Source: Patescibacteria group bacterium
GTDB lineage: Bacteria > Patescibacteriota > Patescibacteriia > SG8-24 > DYFX01
Length of the DNA: 64,000 nucleotides
Reading direction: 5' to 3'
Assembly: GCA_038062835.1 (NCBI GenBank)
Contig: JBBTWH010000005.1
Span: 20,699-84,698, forward strand
Position numbers and translations under genes: made by a program. This document shows positions 1 to 9,280 of this stretch, piece after piece. The notes beneath the pieces were generated by a model. That model was not told where the DNA came from. It did no database searches and worked only from the letters and a program-made list of their open reading frames with translations. Numbering within the stretch: position 1 is the stretch's first letter; each line of letters starts with the position of its first letter.

Positions 1-593
1 CCATCGGCAACATGGTCGTCGACATCGGCGGCGGCAAGACGGAAATCGCCGTCATCTCGCTGCGCGGCGTCGTCACCTGGAAGTCGCTCGCCGTCGCCGG
101 CGAGGAGATGAACAAGAACATCGTCCAGTACGCCCGCGACACCTTCAACCTGCTGTTGGGCGAGCATGCCGCCGAAATCATCAAATGCGCGATCGGATCG
201 GCCGCCGAACTCGAAGCGCCGCTCGAATACGAGATGCGCGGCCGCGACCTCCTGACCGGCTTGCCGAAGGAAATCATCGTCAACGACGCGCAGATCCGCG
301 AAGCCATCCACCGCTCGGTGCGCGCTGTCGTCGACAACATCAAGGCGACCCTCGAACAGACTCCCCCGGAACTCGTGGCCGACATCTACGAGCGCGGCAT
401 CGTGCTGACCGGCGGCGGCGCCCTTCTCAAGGAACTCGACAAGGTCATCTCCAAATCCGCCGAAATCCCGGTGCGTATCGCCGACGACCCGCTCACCTGC
501 GTCGTCCGCGGCACCGGCATGCTCCTCGATAGCCCGGAACTGCTCAAGACCATCGCTTTGCCATCGGCTTCCGAAGCCACCTCCAGGGTCTAA
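1..593 (+). CDS. mreB: Rod shape-determining actin MreB (5' truncated by window edge)
   Basis: VVDIGGG, GRDLLTGLPK, GIVLTGGGALL and DPLTCVVRG motifs; followed by mreC/mreD/PBP2. Confidence 0.96.
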   Translation, partial: IGNMVVDIGGGKTEIAVISLRGVVTWKSLAVAGEEMNKNIVQYARDTFNLLLGEHAAEIIKCAIGSAAELEAPLEYEMRGRDLLTGLPKEIIVNDAQIREAIHRSVRAVVDNIKATLEQTPPELVADIYERGIVLTGGGALLKELDKVISKSAEIPVRIADDPLTCVVRGTGMLLDSPELLKTIALPSASEATSRV

Positions 594-602
594 GAAGGCC
601 GC

Positions 603-1403
603 ATGACGCCGCTCACGCGTTCCCGTCTGACGATCATGACCGTCGCCGCCGGCGGCCTCTTGTTCTTCCTGCACTTGCTCGGCGTCCTGTCCGAAGCGGA
701 GACCTGGATCATGCGGAAACTCTCGGGACAGGAAGCGGCACTGTCCGAGACGGCCGGCTCCATCCGCCAGACGGTCGGCGCCCCGTTCCGCGTCGGAGAG
801 ATCATCAAGGAGAACGAGCGGCTCCGGGCCGACAACGCCGCCCGCGACGTGGAGATCGCGCGGCTGACGTCCATCCGCGAGGAGAACGACGAGCTGCGCG
901 CCATCCTCGGGTTCGCGGAGAAGCGGACGACGGCCCCCGTCGTCGCGCGCGTGCTGGCGCGTACTCCGGAAGCCGGCACGCACACCATCCTCCTGGACCG
1001 CGGCTCCGACGACGGCGTGGCCGTCGAGATGCCGGTCATCGCCGCCGGCGGCGTCCTGATCGGCAAGATCTTCAAGGTGGATCGCGCCAGCTCCATCGCG
1101 CTTCTCCTGACGGACACGCGCAGCCGCGTGGGCGCATCCGTGCAGAACGCGGACCGCACCCAGGGGCTCGTCCAGGGCGAACGCGGCCTTGGCCTGGAGA
1201 TGCGCCTCATCCCGCAGAACGAGGAGATCAGGGTCGGGGACCTGATCGTCACTTCCGGCATCGAGCCGCTTACGCCCCAGGGTCTGGTGCTCGGGCGCGT
1301 CGAGGAGGTCCAGACGCAGGAGAAGAACCCGTTCAAGAAGGCGCTGATCGCGAGTCCGGTCGCGTTCGACCAGGTGAGCGTCGTCGCCATCCCGTTCCCA
1401 TAA
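603..1403 (+). CDS. mreC: Rod shape-determining protein MreC
   Basis: N-terminal TM, coiled coil (ENERLR..ENDELR), LDRGSDDGV and GDLIVTSG motifs; synteny. Confidence 0.93.
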   Translation: MTPLTRSRLTIMTVAAGGLLFFLHLLGVLSEAETWIMRKLSGQEAALSETAGSIRQTVGAPFRVGEIIKENERLRADNAARDVEIARLTSIREENDELRAILGFAEKRTTAPVVARVLARTPEAGTHTILLDRGSDDGVAVEMPVIAAGGVLIGKIFKVDRASSIALLLTDTRSRVGASVQNADRTQGLVQGERGLGLEMRLIPQNEEIRVGDLIVTSGIEPLTPQGLVLGRVEEVQTQEKNPFKKALIASPVAFDQVSVVAIPFP

Positions 1404-1406
1404 CGT

Positions 1407-1955
1407 ATGCTTCGAGCGCTCATCGTCATCGCGCTGGCCTTCGCGACCGCCGTCTTCCAAGCCTCGTTCTTGTCGCATCTTCCATTCCCTCTTTCCACGA
1501 TTTCGTTCCCGATGCTCGCCGTGGCCTACGGCATCGCCCATGACCGTCCGCTCTTGGCCGTCGGCTGGGCGCTCGTGGCCGGCGCGACGCTCGACCTGCA
1601 CGGAATGCTGGGTTTCGGTTCGGAGATCACGGCGCTCTTCGCCGCCTTCTTCGGCGCGCGTTTCCTCTTCCTGCGCGTGCTGACCAACGCCGGCGCGAGC
1701 GCGCGCTTCCTGCTCGCCGCGGCCGTCGCCATCGTCCACTGGTTCACGCTGGCCGCCATCGACGGCGCGCGCGTCATCTTCGGCGCCGTGCCGATCATCG
1801 TCGATCTCTCGGCCGCCTCCATCCTCGCTCCGCTCCGCCAGGCGCTGGTGAACGGCCTGCTGCTTCTGCTCGTCTTCGCCATCGAGAGCGCCGCCCGCCG
1901 GCGCTTCAGCCGTACGTTCCTCTCCCATGCCTCATCGCCGCACGCTTTTTCCTGA
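1407..1955 (+). CDS. mreD: MreD-like membrane protein
   Basis: Multi-TM 182 aa between mreC and PBP2. Confidence 0.75.
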   Translation: MLRALIVIALAFATAVFQASFLSHLPFPLSTISFPMLAVAYGIAHDRPLLAVGWALVAGATLDLHGMLGFGSEITALFAAFFGARFLFLRVLTNAGASARFLLAAAVAIVHWFTLAAIDGARVIFGAVPIIVDLSAASILAPLRQALVNGLLLLLVFAIESAARRRFSRTFLSHASSPHAFS

Positions 1956-3942
1956 CGTCGATGGCGACGGCCACGGCTACGTCGATCAGGTCGTGCTGAC
2001 CATCGACGAGACCGCCGGCGGCCCCGTGACGGAACCGTCGGGCGACCATCCGCTCGGCCATCACGGCTACATCGGCACCTCCTTGTCGGCCAGGAAACTG
2101 GCCGTGTCTTTCGGCGTCTTCTTCCTGATGCTGGCCGGGCTGGCCGCGCGCGCCGGCTACCTCGACCTCCATAAGGGCGTGGAATACCGCTCGTTGGCCG
2201 AGGGCAACCGCCTGCGCATCGTCTCCGTGCCGGCCGAGCGCGGCGTCATCTACGACCGCAACGGCACGCTGCTCGTGCGCAACGTGCCGGACTTCACGCT
2301 GACCGTCACGCCCGCCGACATCCCGCGCGACGGCAAGGAACGAGCTGACCTCGTCGTGCGCATCGCCGAATCCGTCGGCGTCACGCCCGTCGACGTCGAG
2401 AAGGCGCTCCGCAACTATCCCTCGAACCTCGCTTCGGCCGTGCCGATCAAGGAGCACCTGGAGTACGAGCAGGCCGTGCGCCTCGACATCGCCTCAGGCC
2501 ACATGCCGGGCGTCTCGCTCAAGGCGGGCACCAAGCGCGAAATCCTGCTCCAGCCGGAAGGCGCGGATCGACCCATCATGAGCCTCTCGCACGTCATCGG
2601 CTACCAGGGCCGCGTCAACGAGGCGGAATACGCGCGCCTGCGCGAGACCGGCTACCTGCCGACCGACGCCATCGGCAAGACCGGCGTCGAATCGTCGTAC
2701 GAGACCCAGCTCCGCGGAACCTACGGCCGCAAGAAGGTCGAGGTCGACGTCCTTGGCCGCGAGCAGAAGATCATCGCTTCCGACGACCCGACGCAGGGGA
2801 TGGACCTGACGCTCTCGATCGACGCCAAGCTGCAGGCCGAAGCCGAGCGTTCGCTCAAGGCCTCCGCGGGCCTCAACGGCCGAGGCCGCGCCTCCGCCGT
2901 CGCGATGGACCCGAAGACGGGAGAGATCCTCGCGCTCGTCAGCCTTCCAGGCTATGACGCCAACGTATTCGCGCGCGGCATCAGCGCGAAAGAATATCGA
3001 ACCCTGCTTGAGGACCCCAACCAGCCGCTCTATCCGCGCGCCGTCTCCGGCCTCTTCCCGCCTGGTTCGACCGCCAAGCTGATGGTCGCCGCCGCCGCGC
3101 TGGCCGAGGAGGTCGTCTCGCTCGGCACGACCGTGCGCTCGACCGGCGGCATCCGCTACGGCGCCTGGTTCTTCCCGGACTGGAAACCAGGGGGCCACGG
3201 GACGACGAACGTCATCAAGGCCATCGCCGAGTCGGTCAACACCTTCTTCTACGCCGTCGGCGGCGGCTGGGAGCACATCGAGGGCCTCGGCGTCGCCAGG
3301 CTCGGGGAGTACTACCGGAAGTTCGGAGTCGGCGCGCGGCTCGGCATCGACCTGCCCGGCGAGGGCAAAGGCTTCGTGCCCGACGAGGCCTGGAAGGAGC
3401 GCGTGAAGGAAGAACCCTGGTACATCGGCGACACCTACCATGTCTCGATCGGACAGGGCGACCTCCTCTCGACGCCGCTCCAGGTCGCCGCCTGGACCGC
3501 CGTCTTCGCCAACGGGGGAGCCCTCGTACGGCCGCACGTGGTCAAGCAGGTGCGCTCGAACAGGACCATCGAACGCGTCGAGCCGGAGCCCGTCACGCGG
3601 CAGGTCGTCTCGCAGGAAGTCGTCGACATCGTCCGCCGCGGCATGCGCGAGACGGTGCTTTCCGGTTCCGCCCGCAGCCTGCAATCGTCGCCGTGGCCCA
3701 TGGCCGGCAAGACCGGCACCGCCCAGTGGCGGGAGGGGGAGCCGACGCATGCCTGGTTCACCGGCTTCGCTCCATATGACGACCCGCGAATCGTCGTGAC
3801 GGTCCTGATCGAGGCCGGCGGCGAAGGCTCGCGCGCCGCGACGCCGGTCGCCCGCGACATCATGGAAGCTTGGCTGCGGCCCAGGAATGATGCGGTTCCG
3901 GCCGCCGAACCGGTTGACGCGTCGACTTCGACGAGGCTATGA
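1927..3942 (+). CDS. mrdA: Penicillin-binding protein 2
   Basis: RGVIYDRNG, PGSTAK (SxxK), SVN (SxN), AGKTGTAQ. Confidence 0.95.
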   Translation: MPHRRTLFPDVDGDGHGYVDQVVLTIDETAGGPVTEPSGDHPLGHHGYIGTSLSARKLAVSFGVFFLMLAGLAARAGYLDLHKGVEYRSLAEGNRLRIVSVPAERGVIYDRNGTLLVRNVPDFTLTVTPADIPRDGKERADLVVRIAESVGVTPVDVEKALRNYPSNLASAVPIKEHLEYEQAVRLDIASGHMPGVSLKAGTKREILLQPEGADRPIMSLSHVIGYQGRVNEAEYARLRETGYLPTDAIGKTGVESSYETQLRGTYGRKKVEVDVLGREQKIIASDDPTQGMDLTLSIDAKLQAEAERSLKASAGLNGRGRASAVAMDPKTGEILALVSLPGYDANVFARGISAKEYRTLLEDPNQPLYPRAVSGLFPPGSTAKLMVAAAALAEEVVSLGTTVRSTGGIRYGAWFFPDWKPGGHGTTNVIKAIAESVNTFFYAVGGGWEHIEGLGVARLGEYYRKFGVGARLGIDLPGEGKGFVPDEAWKERVKEEPWYIGDTYHVSIGQGDLLSTPLQVAAWTAVFANGGALVRPHVVKQVRSNRTIERVEPEPVTRQVVSQEVVDIVRRGMRETVLSGSARSLQSSPWPMAGKTGTAQWREGEPTHAWFTGFAPYDDPRIVVTVLIEAGGEGSRAATPVARDIMEAWLRPRNDAVPAAEPVDASTSTRL

Positions 3943-3943
3943 T
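3914..3943 (+). promoter_or_regulatory. Sigma70-like promoter for greA-lysS operon
   Basis: TTGACG-N18-TATGAT overlapping the end of mrdA. Confidence 0.55.
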
Positions 3944-3974
3944 GGCCAGAGCGATCGATGAATCGATCGTCTTT

Positions 3975-4436
3975 ATGTCGTCCTACGCCACCACGAAAGA
4001 AGGGCTCAAGAAGCTGAAAGCGGAGCTGGACGAACTGAAAAGCGTCCGTCGTCTTGAGATCGCCGACCGCATCGCAAAAGCCAAGGAACACGGCGACCTC
4101 TCCGAGAACGCCGAATACCACGACGCCAAGGACGCCATGGCGTTCCTGGAAGGCCGCATCAGCGAACTTACCGATTTCATCACCAAAGCCGTCGTGACCG
4201 AGCCGACCTCGACGGAGTTCGTGAACATCGGATGCAGGGTACGCTGCGAGGCCGGCGACAAGAAGAAGGAGTATCACATCGTCGGTCCGAAGGAGTCCGA
4301 TCCCGGCGCCGGCAAGATCTCCAACGACTCTCCGCTCGGCATCGCTCTCCTCGGCCGCAAGAAAGGCGAGGCCTTCGAATACATGCTGCCGAACGGCGCC
4401 AAGACCGCCTACAGGATCATCGATATCAGCTGCTGA
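3975..4436 (+). CDS. greA: Transcription elongation factor GreA
   Basis: HGDLSENAEYHDAK and ISNDSPLGIALLG; start placed at ATG 3975. Confidence 0.95.
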   Translation: MSSYATTKEGLKKLKAELDELKSVRRLEIADRIAKAKEHGDLSENAEYHDAKDAMAFLEGRISELTDFITKAVVTEPTSTEFVNIGCRVRCEAGDKKKEYHIVGPKESDPGAGKISNDSPLGIALLGRKKGEAFEYMLPNGAKTAYRIIDISC

Positions 4437-4437
4437 T

Positions 4438-5928
4438 ATGCTTGAAGAGGAAATCGTCCGCCGCGAAAAGGCCGCCAAGCTCCGTGAAGCCGGCATCGAC
4501 CCGTATCCGCCCGCGACCGCCCGCGACGCCACCTGCGCCGAGGCGGTTTCGCGTTTCGACGCCTGGGGTGCCGAAGGGAAATCCATCACGCTGGCCGGGC
4601 GCCTCCGCTCCATCCGCGCCCACGGCGGCGCGGCCTTCGCCGACCTGACCGACGAATCCGGCAAACTCCAGCTCCACATCAAGAGCGACGTCATCGGCGT
4701 CCCTTCATTCGAGCTGTTCGCGGAGATGATCGACCTCGGCGACTTCATCGAGGTCAGCGGCACGCTCTTCATCACCAAACGCGGCGAGAAGACGCTGGAA
4801 GTCAAATCCTGGCGCTTGCTCGCCAAGGCTCTCCTGCCGCTTCCGGAAAAGTGGCACGGCCTCTCCGACGTCGAAGTCCGCTATCGCAAGCGCCATCTCG
4901 ACCTCGTCGCCAACGAGGAAGTGCGCAACACCTTCCGCACGCGCAGCCGCATCGTCCAGGCCATCCGCGAGGTCCTGCATCGCGAAGGCTTCATGGAAGT
5001 CGAGACGCCCATCCTGCAGACGCAGGCCGGCGGCGCTTCGGCGCGTCCGTTCGTCACGCACCACAACGCGCTCGACCTCGACCTCCAGCTCCGCATCGCG
5101 CCGGAGCTCCACCTGAAGCGCCTCATCGTCGGCGGCTTCGAGAAGGTCTTCGAGGTGGCGCGCTGCTTCCGCAACGAAGGCATCAGTTTCCAGCACAATC
5201 CCGAATTCACCCAGGTCGAGTTCTACTGGGCCTATGCCACCTACGAGGACCTGATGGCGCTCACCGAGCGGATGCTTTCCGAGATCGTCACCAAAGCGCT
5301 CGGCCGCGCGACCGTCGAACGCGATGGCGTCACGCTCGATTTTTCCGGCCCGTTCCCGCGCCGCAAGTTCTACGACCTCGTGAAGGAAAGCACCGGCATC
5401 GATCTCGAGAAGGTCCGCACGGAAGCCGACCTGAGGGACGCCATGGAAGAGAAGAAGCTCAAGATCGACCTCGACGGCCTCTTCGGCTTCGGCGAGATGG
5501 TCGACGCGCTCTACAAGGTATACGTCCGCCCCAAGATCGTCCAGCCGACCTTCGTCATCGACTATCCGGCCGAGATGATCCCGCTCGCCAAGCGCAAGCC
5601 CGACGAGCCGGACCGCATCGCCACCGTGCAGCTGCTCGTCCAGGGCATCGAGGTCACCAAGGCCTACAACGAGCTGAACGATCCGCTCGAACAGGAAGCG
5701 CGCTTCGCCGAGGAGGCCAAGAAGAAGGAAGCCGGTTCCGGCGAGGCCATGCCCGCTGACGCCGATTTCGTCGAGGCCCTGAAGTACGGCATGCCGCCCA
5801 CGGCCGGTTTCGGCATGGGCATCGACCGCCTGACCGCGCTTCTCACCGGCGCGCACTCCATCAAGGAAGTCATCCTCTTCCCGACGCTCCGTCCTGAGCA
5901 GGAATCGCAAGAAGATGCCCAGAGTTAA
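4438..5928 (+). CDS. lysS: Lysyl-tRNA synthetase (class II)
   Basis: PLPEKWHG, FRNEG..HNPEF, YGMPPTAGFGMGIDRL. Confidence 0.98.
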   Translation: MLEEEIVRREKAAKLREAGIDPYPPATARDATCAEAVSRFDAWGAEGKSITLAGRLRSIRAHGGAAFADLTDESGKLQLHIKSDVIGVPSFELFAEMIDLGDFIEVSGTLFITKRGEKTLEVKSWRLLAKALLPLPEKWHGLSDVEVRYRKRHLDLVANEEVRNTFRTRSRIVQAIREVLHREGFMEVETPILQTQAGGASARPFVTHHNALDLDLQLRIAPELHLKRLIVGGFEKVFEVARCFRNEGISFQHNPEFTQVEFYWAYATYEDLMALTERMLSEIVTKALGRATVERDGVTLDFSGPFPRRKFYDLVKESTGIDLEKVRTEADLRDAMEEKKLKIDLDGLFGFGEMVDALYKVYVRPKIVQPTFVIDYPAEMIPLAKRKPDEPDRIATVQLLVQGIEVTKAYNELNDPLEQEARFAEEAKKKEAGSGEAMPADADFVEALKYGMPPTAGFGMGIDRLTALLTGAHSIKEVILFPTLRPEQESQEDAQS

Positions 5929-6793
5929 GACGCTGGTCACGCACGTCATCCCGCATCTCGACGACATCGCCGCGCTGTGGCTGCTTGTCCGGTTCGATCC
6001 GTCCGCGAAGAAGGCGCCGCTCAAGTTCGTCGAGACGTCGCCCGAGGGCGTGAAGCTCGCGAAGGGCGAAGTCGGCGTCGGCGTGGGGCGCGGACGCTAC
6101 GACGAGCATAAGGGCGACTTAAAGGACAGCGCGGTGAGCCTCGTCTGGAAGGACCTGAAGCGCCGCGGCCTTACGCCCGTTTCGCACCGGGGTGCCGCGC
6201 TCGCCGCGCTCGTCGATTTCGTGCGCCGCGGCGACATGGGCGAATACATCGGCAAGGAAGGTCCTGGCATCGCCACGGCCACGACGCTGCGCGCGCTCGC
6301 CAAGCTTCCCGGCGAGAGTTCGAAAAGCGCCACGCTCGTCGGCTTCCGCCTGCTCGACGCCGAACTCGTCCTCTACGAGGAGCGCGCCAAGATCGACGCC
6401 GCCCTCGCGCGCGGGAAGAAGTTCACGACGAAGTGGGGGAGGGGCGTCGGCATCTCGGTCGAAGCCGTCCCCGGCATGGTCTCCGGCCGCATCGCGGAAC
6501 TCGGCTATGCCATGGTCGTCCTGCATTACTCCAAGACCGGCTTCCTGCACGTGCGCGCCACGCCCGGCACGAAGGTCGACCTCTCGAAGCTCGCCAAGCA
6601 GGTGATGAAGGAAGAGCCGCAGGCGCGCTGGTACCTTCACCATTCCAAGAAGATGCTCTTGCAAGGGGATTGGGTCGCGCCGGTCACGACGCGTTCGAAG
6701 TACGGCGTCAAGGAGATGATCACGCTGATCGCCCGTTTATATCCTCCCCTTAAGGTAAGGGGAGGCAGGAGGGGTTATGCACGACTCCGATAA
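5915..6793 (+). CDS. Putative DHH/MYG1-like phosphoesterase
   Basis: VTHVIPHLDD and GRGRYDEH motifs resemble DHH/MYG1 metal ligands; last residues come from a palindromic insertion. Confidence 0.5.
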   Translation: MPRVKTLVTHVIPHLDDIAALWLLVRFDPSAKKAPLKFVETSPEGVKLAKGEVGVGVGRGRYDEHKGDLKDSAVSLVWKDLKRRGLTPVSHRGAALAALVDFVRRGDMGEYIGKEGPGIATATTLRALAKLPGESSKSATLVGFRLLDAELVLYEERAKIDAALARGKKFTTKWGRGVGISVEAVPGMVSGRIAELGYAMVVLHYSKTGFLHVRATPGTKVDLSKLAKQVMKEEPQARWYLHHSKKMLLQGDWVAPVTTRSKYGVKEMITLIARLYPPLKVRGGRRGYARLR

Positions 6794-6828
6794 CTCCCCC
6801 TTGCCCCCTCTTGCTTCAAGAGGGGGGA
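6743..6828. repeat. Composite palindromic element (CCTCCCCTTA/TAAGGGGAGG ... CCCCCTCTTG/CAAGAGGGGG)
   Basis: Two perfect hairpins plus an imperfect GGAGGGGTTAT/ATAACTCCCCC pair at a gene junction. Confidence 0.75.
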
Positions 6829-7262
6829 CCAAAAAGTCCATCGCCTTCGGCACCTTCGACGGCTTCCATCCCGGCCACAAGCACTATCTCGACGAAGCCG
6901 CCTCCTATGGCGACCTGACCGTCGTCGTCGGCCGCGACGCCACCGTCTACAAAGTGAAGGGCCGACTGCCGATCCGAAACGAGGACGAGCGCCTCGCCGC
7001 CTTGAAGAAGGCCGGCTATGACGCCCGGCTCGGTTCGCTGACCGACCGCTACGCCGTCTTGGCCGAACTCCGGCCCGATTTCATCTGCCTCGGCTACGAC
7101 CAGCAGGCCTTCACCGGTAAGCTCGACCAGGCCTGTTCAGCCATCGATTTGTCCGCTACCATCGTGCGCATAGGGGCCTATAAGCCCGAAACGTATAAGT
7201 CCTCCCTGCTCGACCGCCATGAAGCTCCTGATCGGGACGTCCAACCCGGGAAAAGCCGCTGA
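6777..7262 (+). CDS. Cytidylyltransferase-family nucleotidyltransferase (archaeal FAD synthase RibL-like)
   Basis: FGTFDGFHPGH (HxGH), VVVGRD, LGYDQ. Confidence 0.8.
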   Translation: MHDSDNSPLPPLASRGGTKKSIAFGTFDGFHPGHKHYLDEAASYGDLTVVVGRDATVYKVKGRLPIRNEDERLAALKKAGYDARLGSLTDRYAVLAELRPDFICLGYDQQAFTGKLDQACSAIDLSATIVRIGAYKPETYKSSLLDRHEAPDRDVQPGKSR

Positions 7263-7830
7263 ACTCGCCGGATACGTGGGCGAGCTCGGCTTCGAGATCG
7301 TCACCTTGGCGGACCTCGGCATCGCTTCCGTGGAGGAGACGGGGGAGACCTTCGAGGAGAACGCGGTCCTGAAAGCCAAGGCCTACGCCGCCGCCTCCGG
7401 CCTCCCGACCCTGGCCGATGACGCGGGGCTCGAGGTCGACGTCCTGGGCGGCGCTCCGGGCGTACGCACCCATCGCTGGCTCGGCGAAGACGTCACCGAC
7501 CTCAAGCTGTTCTTCGCCATCCTCGACAAGATGCGCGGCGTGCCGATGCCGAAGCGTTCCGCGCGTCTCAAGGTCGTCCTGGCGCTGGCGACGCCTGGCG
7601 GGAACGTCGTGACGGTCGCCCGCGCGGCCGAAGGCAAGATCGTCGAGGAGCAGGACGCGCGGCCGGACAAAATCCCGCCGGGCTACCCGTTCAAGAGCCT
7701 GCTCATGCTCGACGCCGTCGGCAAGCTCTACTGCGACCTGACTGAGGAAGAGCATCTCGCCATCAATCACCGACGCCTCGCGGTCCAGGACCTCCTGCCG
7801 CATCTCGAAGCCATCGCTCAACACGCCTGA
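7219..7830 (+). CDS. rdgB: Non-canonical purine NTP pyrophosphatase (Ham1/RdgB family)
   Basis: TSNPGK, ETGETFEENAVLKA, ADDAGLEVDVLGGAPGV, INHR. Confidence 0.88.
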   Translation: MKLLIGTSNPGKAAELAGYVGELGFEIVTLADLGIASVEETGETFEENAVLKAKAYAAASGLPTLADDAGLEVDVLGGAPGVRTHRWLGEDVTDLKLFFAILDKMRGVPMPKRSARLKVVLALATPGGNVVTVARAAEGKIVEEQDARPDKIPPGYPFKSLLMLDAVGKLYCDLTEEEHLAINHRRLAVQDLLPHLEAIAQHA

Positions 7831-7831
7831 T

Positions 7832-9145
7832 ATGCTGGACATCAATCTCATCCGGGAGCATCCCGAGCTCGTGAAGAAAGGCGCGGCCGCCAAGCGGTCC
7901 GACGTCGATATCGACAAGCTCCTGTACGCCGACGAACAGCGCCGCAAGCTCATCGGACAGATCCAGGAATTCCGCGCCGCGCAGAACGTGGCCGGGGAGC
8001 GCATCGCCAAGGAGGCGGACAAGGACGCCAAGACGAAAGCCGTCGAGGAGATGCGCGAGCTGAAGGAGAAGATGAAGACGCTCGAGGCCGAGCTGGCGGA
8101 GGCGGAAACGACCCTCCACGCGCTCTTGTCGCTCCTCCCGAACATGCCGTCGGACGACACGCCGGTCGGTCCGGACGAATCCGGCAACGTCGTCATCCGC
8201 ACGGTGGGGGAGCCGACGAAATTCGATTTCAAACCCAAGGACCACGTCGAGCTCGGCGAGGCGCTCGGCCTCATCGACAACGAGACGGGCTCCGAAGTCG
8301 CCGGCGCGCGTTTCACCTACATCAAGGGCGACCTGGCGCTCCTGCAGAACGCCCTGCACCAACTGGCGCTTTCGATCCTCACGGACGAGGCTTCGCTTTC
8401 GGCCGTCATCAAGGAAGCCGGCCTGGACGTGCCGGCCACGCCGTTCGTGCCGGTCATCCCGCCGCTGATGATCAAGCCGGAAGTCTTCCAGCGCATGGCG
8501 CGCCTCGAACCGCGCGAGGAGCGCTATCACATCCCGTCCGATGACCTCTTCCTGATCGGCAGCGCGGAACACACGCTCGGTCCCATCCACATGGACGAGA
8601 CCTTCGCCGAGAAAGATCTGCCGCGCCGCTACGTCGCCTACACGCCCGCCTTCCGCCGCGAGGCCGGTTCCTACGGCAAGGACACGAAGGGTATCCTGCG
8701 TCTTCACCAGTTCGACAAGATCGAGATGGAATCGTTCTCGCTGCCGGAACAGTCTCGCGCCGAGCAGGATCTCTTCGTCGCCATCCAGGAACACATCCTC
8801 AAGATCCTCGGCGTGCCGTATCAGGCCGTGCAGGTCTGCACCGGCGACATGGGCGGACCGGATTCCCGCCAGATCGACCTCGAATCGTGGATGCCAGGCC
8901 AGGACAAATACCGCGAGACGCACACCGCTGACCTGATGACCGACTACCAGGCGCGCAGGCTGAACACGCGCGTCCGCCGCGACGGAGGCGAGATGCAGTT
9001 CGTGCATATGAACGACGCCACCTGCATCGCCATGGGCCGCCTGCTCATCGCCATCATGGAGAACTTCCAGGAAGCCGACGGCACCATCCGCATCCCGAAG
9101 GTCCTCCAGACCTGGATGGGAGGGAGGACGCATATCGGAAAGTGA
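7832..9145 (+). CDS. serS: Seryl-tRNA synthetase
   Basis: N-terminal coiled coil, FRREAGSYGKDTKGILRLHQFDKIEM, DYQARRL. Confidence 0.98.
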   Translation: MLDINLIREHPELVKKGAAAKRSDVDIDKLLYADEQRRKLIGQIQEFRAAQNVAGERIAKEADKDAKTKAVEEMRELKEKMKTLEAELAEAETTLHALLSLLPNMPSDDTPVGPDESGNVVIRTVGEPTKFDFKPKDHVELGEALGLIDNETGSEVAGARFTYIKGDLALLQNALHQLALSILTDEASLSAVIKEAGLDVPATPFVPVIPPLMIKPEVFQRMARLEPREERYHIPSDDLFLIGSAEHTLGPIHMDETFAEKDLPRRYVAYTPAFRREAGSYGKDTKGILRLHQFDKIEMESFSLPEQSRAEQDLFVAIQEHILKILGVPYQAVQVCTGDMGGPDSRQIDLESWMPGQDKYRETHTADLMTDYQARRLNTRVRRDGGEMQFVHMNDATCIAMGRLLIAIMENFQEADGTIRIPKVLQTWMGGRTHIGK

Positions 9146-9152
9146 AGAGGGG

Positions 9153-9240
9153 CGGCAGCCAGGCCCCCGTTCGCTGGCGCCGGGAAAGAGGTACGTCACT
9201 GTTTTGAACGGACGCTGCGCTCACGGGGGCCTGGCTGCCG
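9153..9240 (+). repeat. Hairpin element family B, copy 1
   Basis: Perfect 18-bp inverted arms enclosing a core shared with 28314-28400. Confidence 0.8.
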
Positions 9241-9280
9241 AAAAAGGGGAGAACGGATGGAAGGTGTATACTGGGAGCGT

